Shown: piece after piece, positions 55,956 through 64,000 of the stretch
Numbering within the stretch: the first letter of the stretch is position 1
Layout of the letters: the number at the start of each line of letters is the position of its first letter
Source of the DNA: Epiperipatus broadwayi
Lineage: Eukaryota > Animalia > Onychophora
NCBI GenBank assembly: GCA_028023455.1
Contig: JAQFVV010000008.1
Location: 9,486,001-9,550,000 of the forward strand
Length of the DNA: 64,000 nucleotides
Reading direction: 5' to 3'
Position numbers and translations under genes: made by a program
The notes under the pieces: generated by a model
Databases searched by the model: none
Told to the model about the DNA's origin: nothing
The model's input: the letters and a program-made list of their open reading frames with translations, nothing else

Positions 55956-57950
55956 AAATAAAATTGTACAAGTATAATAAAATAGTAATAATCTATTATT
56001 TTCAGTTCTCTAGTCTCTCCAAATCAACATCATTACCAGACTAAAAAGATTCGTAATAGTAATTCAACAATATGCTTTTTATCTTTATTCTAAACTTCTT
56101 ATGTCTTTAAAATATTTATGCTGCTGGAAACTCGTGTTCTGTTTATTAAACATTACTATATCAATAAGTTACTTAAATAACTCATAATAAAATAATAAAT
56201 GCCTGATAGTCATAAAAATGTGATGGGAGTCTCATAATTTTATGCAAATTAAAAGAATAGCCTCAAAATTAGCTGCCAGATTAATGGTATTACATCTATA
56301 CTTACAATGTCATTATTATTGTTCACATTAATCAGAAAAAAATAATTTTGAAAATGACAATTTACTTGGATTAAACTATTTAATTAAAAAAAATTATAGT
56401 TAGATCTATTCTGATTATCTTAATTTAAAATATTTTCTAAACTCATAATTCATAATGAGCGCTACAGCTTCAATTTTAATACTGAACTTAAAATAACAAT
56501 AAAATGAAAAATTATAATTTTTAGAGTATAAAAAAACAATAATCTTACATCACTTCTTAAGTACTATTAGCTAAAAAAAAAAAAAAAAAAAAAAAAGCAC
56601 AGGATCAACAGATACAATAATTGCATAGATCTCTAAATATTAATTAAGGAGCAGTTTCTATATGGAATGAATAAAATTGAAATTCATTTTCCATAACAAT
56701 TTTCCTGGGTTTAACAAGAAACATTCTTTTTATTATCTTAAATTAATCATCTGGGATGTGTTAGCTATATTACAACACTCTCTAATATCAATATAATCTA
56801 TGCTGCTGGTTCATCAATCCAATTATTACATATTATTAATGATATATTTAATAATTACATAAAAATCCTTTTAATGTTATACAAGGAAAAAAAAATGCTT
56901 TGAAAATAATTTGATAACTTTAAAACAAAACTATATAGAAAACTTAGCAAAAATATTAATTTCGAAAAAGGTGTTGATTTTACTCATGTACACATTGATT
57001 AACCACTTAACAATTATTGATCACTCTAATACTGGACTATAAAATTTACTTGAACCACATCAAGAAAACACGATCTTGTATTTCATATACAATAAAATTT
57101 TGATTCAACATTTTCCAGTAATCATATAAAAAATGAACTTATAAAAATTATAGATAAAATAATTTAATTGTTAGCTTTAATTACAACTCACATATAACAA
57201 CTCTAAATAGTTTACACTCATTCTATGCAGTTTGTGTGTTTATAATTTTAATAATATAGTAATTACTTACATTTAAAAAAATCATGACTAATATTGATCA
57301 GATATGGTACAATATATATATATTTGTGACAAGCTTATTTAATAAAAAAAGTAACTTTTTTTAAAATTTACCTTTATAAATGGAAGCAAACGCTAGTTTC
57401 AATTCAAAATATGGAGATATTTAGTGATGACAATTCATTTCCAATAACTAATTTAATGTTAAAGTGATTACATAATAAAGTACTGTTCTATTAGAACATG
57501 TCAGCCACTTGATGATGCTATTTCTATGTAAAAACACAGAAATATGCCATTTATGCGGCCTTCTTTCTACACTAAAGGCATAGAAAGAGGCCATTCCGAG
57601 GGTGCCAGCGCCTCTGCGCATTATTTCTATGCTAAAAGCACAGAAACATGCTGGTATGGCTGCCAGACTGGTTTGTGTTACGCACTTTATCATAATGCTC
57701 ACAATTCAAAGTTCGCTACAGTATTGTTTGAGGGTGTCTAAACTTCAGACTTAAAAATAATTCAAATATGCATATCAAAGTACCTTAAAAATGATCTTAC
57801 GATTACCTCCTAACAATTGTAACAGCGTTACTATGCTTCCATACTCAATCTGGAAACTTCAAAAATGCAGAAAGGGTACAGCCAAGCAGGCTTTCGACAA
57901 GCTCATGCAAAAAGTCATGTTTTCACGAGAATACATTTGCGACAAGTAAA

Positions 57951-58734
57951 ATGGCGGATTCGAATGCGGAGATTTGAAATTGTGGCAACTGCCATCAACA
58001 GAAGCCGGCGCGGTGGCATTTCTCCAGAAGCACAATATATTGCTCCATTTCAATAAATGTTTTTGTGGAGAATTTTAGCAACTTGAGGTTTATAAAAAAC
58101 TTCTGGATGTTCATATTAGGTCACACCCTTGCCGTCAGAAGTATGCGCTTCAGCAAGAGAGCTGGTTTGCTAGGCTTCAGAATCCCATTCATCAAATCAT
58201 TACATCTGCTGTACTATTAAAGCTGTCACGAGCTGACACTAGACCACACTGACAGTGATCTGGAGATGTCTCGAGGTGCTTTTGTGAGTTGAACAGATGC
58301 TCTGCATGAGCTGTGCCACGAGAGGCTTGCCTCATGCCCCTGCAGTCAAATCATAAGTCCAGGTTTGATTGGCGAAGTTGACGAGACTCTTCAGCCGTCG
58401 GAAAAACCACTAGGGCAGAATTCTTCCTCAGCAGTGGGTATTCGGAGGGCTTTGCCAGGAGACTGGAGAATGCTTCGCTGCAGCTGTTCCATTTCGCTCA
58501 GTGGACACCCTACTGCAGGCTGTATACGAGAATGTGAAATACAGAATGAGCATCTACCCCAACTGCTGGAAGGTATACAAAACCTCTAAGCTGAAGACTG
58601 CCGGCTTCCAGAACATGACCATCAACCACTGCTACAACTTTGTAGACCCTGCTACAGGTGCCCACACCCAGCACCTCGAACATAGAAAACAGCGTGGAAC
58701 AGCCAGACAATCCATGGACAAGTACTTGTGGTGA
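57951..58734 (+). pseudogene. Merlin / ISXO2-like DDE transposase pseudogene
   Basis: QLPSTEAGAVAFLQKHNILL..CFCG; GSRIPF; IGEVDETL; QQWVFGGLCQETGECF; CWKVY; TINHCYNFVDPATGAHTQHLE. Frameshifted. Confidence 0.9.
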
Positions 58735-58875
58735 TGTCTTCATAAAGGTGAGGATCTGTTCGGGCCACATTAGGGGAGATGCTTCTGCATTAAATTGTTG
58801 ACATTTTTTTATTATTGGTTTTGCCAAGAGTTTTATTTGGTTTACAAGTTCAATTATTTTTATTATTGTTGGGGT

Positions 58876-58981
58876 TTATTTTTTTTTTCCCCATGTGTCA
58901 TAGCATCAGCCGGGAAGCAAACCCGCTAATCCGGGACAACTGCTTGTAAGGCAGTTGCGCTGACCTCTCGACCACCAATGC
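58876..58981 (-). mobile_element. Short tRNA-derived SINE nested in the Merlin element
   Basis: Minus strand GCATTGGTGGTCGAGAGGTCAGCGCA ACTGC CTTACAA GCAGT TGTCCCGGATTA GCGGG TTTGCTT CCCGG CTGATGC, then TATGACAC and an A tail. Cloverleaf-like with a TAC triplet; B box degenerate. Confidence 0.7.
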
Positions 58982-61900
58982 TTGTTATTGATGTTCAAAT
59001 TGTTGTTTCCGAGCAAGAAACACATATCGAGATTAGTTATTTCTTTACTATTTAGTTATTTATTTCTTAATATAGTTTATTTTTCAATTAATTTTTTATT
59101 AATTTATTTTGTTAATATATAATGAGAATGATCAACGTTATAGCTATGTTGGCCTGGAAACATTATATGTATGTGTTTTTGGTTAGCAACAATGACATCA
59201 AGCGACTGACACAATCTAATAGAACAGTATTCATAATAAGATAAGAATATTACTGTGAAAAAATCAAGAGAGAGAAACCAGGTTTGGTGGGTCAGTTTTG
59301 GTTCTCAGAATAATATTGAGTTATTATTAAAAAATATAAGCAAATTTCAATTAAATAATTTTTTAACAATAATATATAGTTTTTTATGTTTTTAATTAAG
59401 ATTATAAACATAAAATAAATTTATTAGCCAAAATGAAATTACAAAAATGTTTTGGAAAATGAGATTATTCTAAATCTACATATATATTTTATTATTCATA
59501 AGTAGACTTTATAAAAATTTAATTACCAAAATATTGTTTAATGATTTTAATAAACCAATTATAATTAGCATTATAGACATATATATATTTTTAGAGATCC
59601 CTAATTTTCGAAGTATTATTTTTTTATACCTATTATTGACACTCATCACAATATTTAGTTTTAAAAAATAAAAACAAGTAAATTACTTCTAATCTAGTCT
59701 CATTTGGCTACATATTAAAAAAAATTTTTTTTTTTAATAATCTGAAACTTTTGCCTTCTAAACTTAAAAAAAGAAAAAAAGAAGAGAGACAAAAGTATTA
59801 AAAGCTTACATTTTAAATCCTTATAAAGTGGATAATCTGTTCAAAGCAAACAAATGTCAACTGCATTTGTTTAAAAAAAAATTTATAAAATTATTTATTA
59901 AAAAAAGAAATATTATCTAATAAAATCTAATTAACAATAACTGATTTATTAAACATGTAATTATAGTGATATTAAAATTATATATACTGCACTTGAATAC
60001 ACACCCAATCACATACAGGCAGTCCTCTACTTTCGTACTTAATTGGTTTTTAAAATATGTATGAAAGTTGAAATATACAAAAGTCGAGCAATGTAAAAAA
60101 AAAAACACCAAAAAGAATTTTTAGTATATATATTGTAACCTTATATTTTGGTACAAAATATATAGCTTGGCAGAACTGATTTAAAATTTCTCTATCTTCT
60201 TCTAAGTATCTTGATTTACCATGGTTAGCACTTTGTATATACTTGATACTTATATTCAAATTAACTCAATGATGAAATTATGTAATTTCTTTTTTTGCTT
60301 TGCTTATTGTATACATTTTTTCACATATTAGTTTTGCTCTTTTCCAAGTCAACAGCATCAAGTTTACTAATCATTATTTGTTTTTCTCTTTAAATAATCC
60401 TAAAGATTATGTAGTTTGGTTAAAACAATTTATTTAGTAAATTTAACTTGGAATTAGTTGATAGGATATGATGAAAGCATTTTTTTTCTCTTGTCTTTCA
60501 TTTTAACAGAAATATGTAAATGAGATGAAATGTAATTGGCTAAAAGGAAAAAGAGAAATGTTCAGAGATTTTTTTTAAAAAAAAAACTGATAGTAACATC
60601 AAGTATGTAAAGTAAAAAAAAAAAAAAAAAGGGGGGGGTTCTGCTGTTAAACATAACGAATATGTAAGCTACTCCTTAAAAAAAGGGAAAAAAAAATTTA
60701 GGACAAAGAAAGAAGATAAATTAAAATTTTTCTTATATAATTCAAATTGCAATATTATGATGTGCTAATAACAAAATGAGGAGCTAAAATTAAACAAATC
60801 TGTTCCAGTCTTCTAACCAAAAATCTAACTGCTGACTGTCTTTCAAAATGTCTATAATTGAAATGTATTGGAATTATCAACTGTGAAAATGGAAATAATA
60901 ATTTTAAAGGTAAGTCCACTTAAAAATATTCTTTATTGTTTACAAACTATATTAACCTGGGATGTAATATTTTACTTTCATGATTTTAATGCATACAATT
61001 GTGCTACATATATGCGGAGTGAAATGCTATATTAACATTTTTTGGGTGCCAGTATCTGAATAAGGAATTAGCTATAACCCATTTTGAACTGATATTAGAG
61101 ATAACATTCCCGCTATGTGAGTTATCTTATTATTCAAATTATAACATAGTTGCTGAAAAAAGATAACAGCTAACTAAAAAATTATTTTATAACTGTCATA
61201 ATTATTTGCTTAGACAATCATTCTTGATCTTCAACACTGACTAAATAAATTAAAAGTAATGAAATATTTTAACTTTGGAGTAACTCCTAAAATATAAGTA
61301 ATGAAGTTTATTAACTTTTGAGAAATACTCTAATTAAAGTTATACATGTCCTATCTTTTAAAAATATTTCACATATTCAGAAAGCTTACGTGTGAATCAA
61401 TTAATTACGGAATATTCATTATGGATGGAAACAAGAGGGAATACAAGCAAAGTCATAAGTTCATATACGTTGTAATTGAAAAGCTATTCCATTTATATGT
61501 TGTACATGAAGTAGTAAGAAAATTTGCTATTGATTTTATTGGTGAATATTCAACATATTTCAAATATTATGTATTTAAATTTTAGTAATTATTTAACGAG
61601 TACGTATTTTGTTTTGGTTCATGTTATGTATTATTTATACATGTATATTCTATTGGGCCTAAAATAATTATTTATCAATTTAGATTAATTGAATTAAACA
61701 CATGATATAGAGATTGAAGAAAATCAATTATTAGGGAACAGTGCTTGCATAAAGATTTAATGATTATTTAATGAATCTATAACATGCATCAACACCATAT
61801 GGCTTAGTCTTTCCAGGGTTTTGTGCCGATACTCGTATTATTTACTAGGTGTTATTATTTTGCCCATGTTTTAGGTAGAGTTGGCCGTTATTTCAGTTAC

Positions 61901-62229
61901 ATCCTATGTTAAAGTACTTATTTCATTTCATGTTTTAATTCAGGCTTGTAAGACTGCATATGTCTCCTAATTTAGCAATTTTATTGATGAGGGTAATTTT
62001 ATGTCTCTTTTATGTGAAAAATAAATGTTAACACTATTTTATAATGTTATATGGTATTATTCTGTGCTGGTGGTTTAATTTGCAGAATTTCCATATATTA
62101 TGATGCTAATGTTGTTAAATTTATTTATAATATATGGAGATATTTAAAAAGAAAATGAAATATAATGTAAATAATGTCCAGTAGATGGAGTGAATATTAT
62201 TATTTGTTTATGTAAATTCTATAATATAA

Positions 62230-62271
62230 TATCTTGAGAAGGTCTCAATGGAGATGAAAGCCGGTTTGATA
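62230..62271 (+). ncRNA. Minimal type I hammerhead ribozyme motif, U3-A8 variant core
   Basis: TATC TTGAGAA G GTCTC-AATG-GAGAT GAAA GCCGGT T T GATA. 4-bp stem I, 5-bp stem II, GAAA, near-palindromic AGCCGG(C>T)T stem III, UUU site. Confidence 0.6.
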
Positions 62272-63509
62272 AATATTTAAATATAATTATTAATAGTTGT
62301 TTATTTCAATCTTGTTTGATTGATTATTTATTTACCCTACATATTATCATTTTCATAATTTATTACATACCAATTTATATATTTCAAGCTGATTTGAGAA
62401 TCAAATCTTCTCTTTGATTCATTATCTTCTCATGGCCAGTTTTTACATGTTTATCAATACTACCTGCTATTATTATTATTATAAATCTGGGGTATAGGTG
62501 CACTGGTTCTGATATTAACATAGTGGAAAAGTTACTGACTAGGTGTTGAACCCATCCCCTCCCCTATAAGGGGCTGAAATCAAACCCATTTGTGAGAAAA
62601 TCTTGTATTGTGTTTATTTAAAATTCATGTACATTTTTTATGTATAGAAACAAGTACATGTGATGGTCTTTTATTTTATTTATTTACTTTTTGTGAACAC
62701 AGTATTAACCAATTATTTATTTAGTATTGATTGAGTCATAAATAAATGTTAATTTTATAATTTAACTATATCATTGCTATTTGTCATAAATAAAAGCCAG
62801 AAAATCCAACAAATTAAATAGACCATATATTACAGCATAAATTGTCCCTGATAATGCATGCAAGGTTTATTGAAATTGTGAGAGAATAACTTAATGCTTT
62901 TGTTCTGGGGTTACTAATGATGTACAGGGGAATAATAAAATCCCATTTATTTCCTACATCAGCTCTGCTTTGTTTTGTTAAGTGTTCATGATATTAGGAC
63001 CTAAATTAATAAATAAACTTGCTAGCCAGTATGACGATTGAACCTATTTTCTAATATTATAATTTAAGATTTATATATTACAATGAGTCTCATTGCTATT
63101 GATTTAATTAGAAATTTGAATTAATGATGAAAGACCTAAAGCTTATATGCTTATCTTTTATTGCAAAGCAAATACTCTACATGGCATTTCTGTACTTAAA
63201 TCCTGAGTATATCTGAGCTTCAGCCAATTATGTTATGAGGCTGATTATAATTTTTACTTTCTTGTAAAGTGGCCTATATTCACCATGTGATAGTTGGTAT
63301 TAATGTAATGGATCTTACATTTAATCCTGGAAGAGGAAATTTTAGTGGTTTTAAAGATCATACCATATTGTTCATGGTTGCCCATAAGGTCTCACGCAAA
63401 TAAAATTAGTAAATTAGGGTTTTGAACTGTAGTTTTTAAGGTACAGTCATTAGTGAGAATGATAATTAATTAAATAGTCACACAATTTATCTTGTGTAAT
63501 TTAATATAC

Positions 63510-63556
63510 CTTCATGTACTGCTATGATGGGTCTTCGCAGTGCATCCTGGCCGTGA
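63510..63556 (-). other. Candidate upstream (5'UTR / first coding) exon of the RNF38-like gene
   Basis: tattccag|TCACGGCCAGG...GTACATGAAG|gtatat; 47 nt, GC-richer than flanks, ends ATG AAG in phase 0. Splice-signal inference only. Confidence 0.3.
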
Positions 63557-63933
63557 CTGGAATATACTGTAACAGTTATGTGTTATATCATTAATTCTGT
63601 CTGTTATGATCCGGATGAACTTTTCGGTCACAATATATATATTTCTGCTAAATATTTTGTCTCTAATTTTTAAAAAAAAGTTTAAAGAATTCTTAATATA
63701 TAATAAATTTTCACACTTCAAAAATATTTTTTGTCTAAAATGTATTTATTTTAATTGAGACAAAAATTAGATTGAATACAGTATACAGACATCCATGACA
63801 CAATTATATGCATATAGGATCTAGACAAATAATATTAAAAAAATGAAGATTAACTTGACAGTGTATGAACTTGGAAATATTCCTTAATTTTGTTCTTGAT
63901 TTTCACAATTGAACATATTATTGATCAGCTTAC

Positions 63934-64000
63934 AAATGATCGATTGAAGCAAAAGATTTGCCATCTTCGTCTTGATCGTATGGAGATTACGAGACCTTGA
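63934..64000 (-). other. Candidate CpG-rich 5' exon running off the window end
   Basis: Several CpGs in an otherwise CpG-poor window, an AAGATGGC (YY1-like) motif, and a strong donor |gtaagc at 63933. Confidence 0.3.

Larger units (their letters stand above)
57479..59231 (+). mobile_element. Near full-length Merlin DNA transposon
   Basis: Perfect 8-bp TSD CATAATAA (57471-57478, 59232-59239); TIRs related to GGTACTGTTCTATTAG; subterminal tttct..agaaa repeats at 57521, 57565 and 57625. Confidence 0.9.

Overview
Very AT-rich invertebrate-type (probably arthropod) eukaryotic DNA. One host gene is well supported: an RNF38/RNF44-family RING-H2 E3 ligase on the minus strand. It has six in-frame coding exons (39979 down to the stop at 28506, about 318 aa); its N-terminal exons were not firmly located, with weak candidates near 63.5-64 kb. 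The rest is a dense graveyard of mobile DNA: four hAT elements, five Merlin or Merlin-like GG-terminated elements (several with 8-bp TSDs), two inverted copies of a TA-flanked Tc1/mariner-type MITE, a deleted Gypsy LTR element, LINE remnants, a short tRNA-derived SINE family, a Penelope-like (PLE) inverted pair and several long hairpins. The most unusual signal is a set of five minimal type I hammerhead-ribozyme motifs of the PLE/retrozyme kind. Their core 3-8 base pair covaries: canonical C3-G8 at 31754, A3-U8 at 7505 and 34932, and U3-A8 at 62234; the fifth (5320-5364) is the decayed inverted partner of the 7505 copy. Every genomic copy carries some damage. All analysis was by eye; no searches or folding programs were run.
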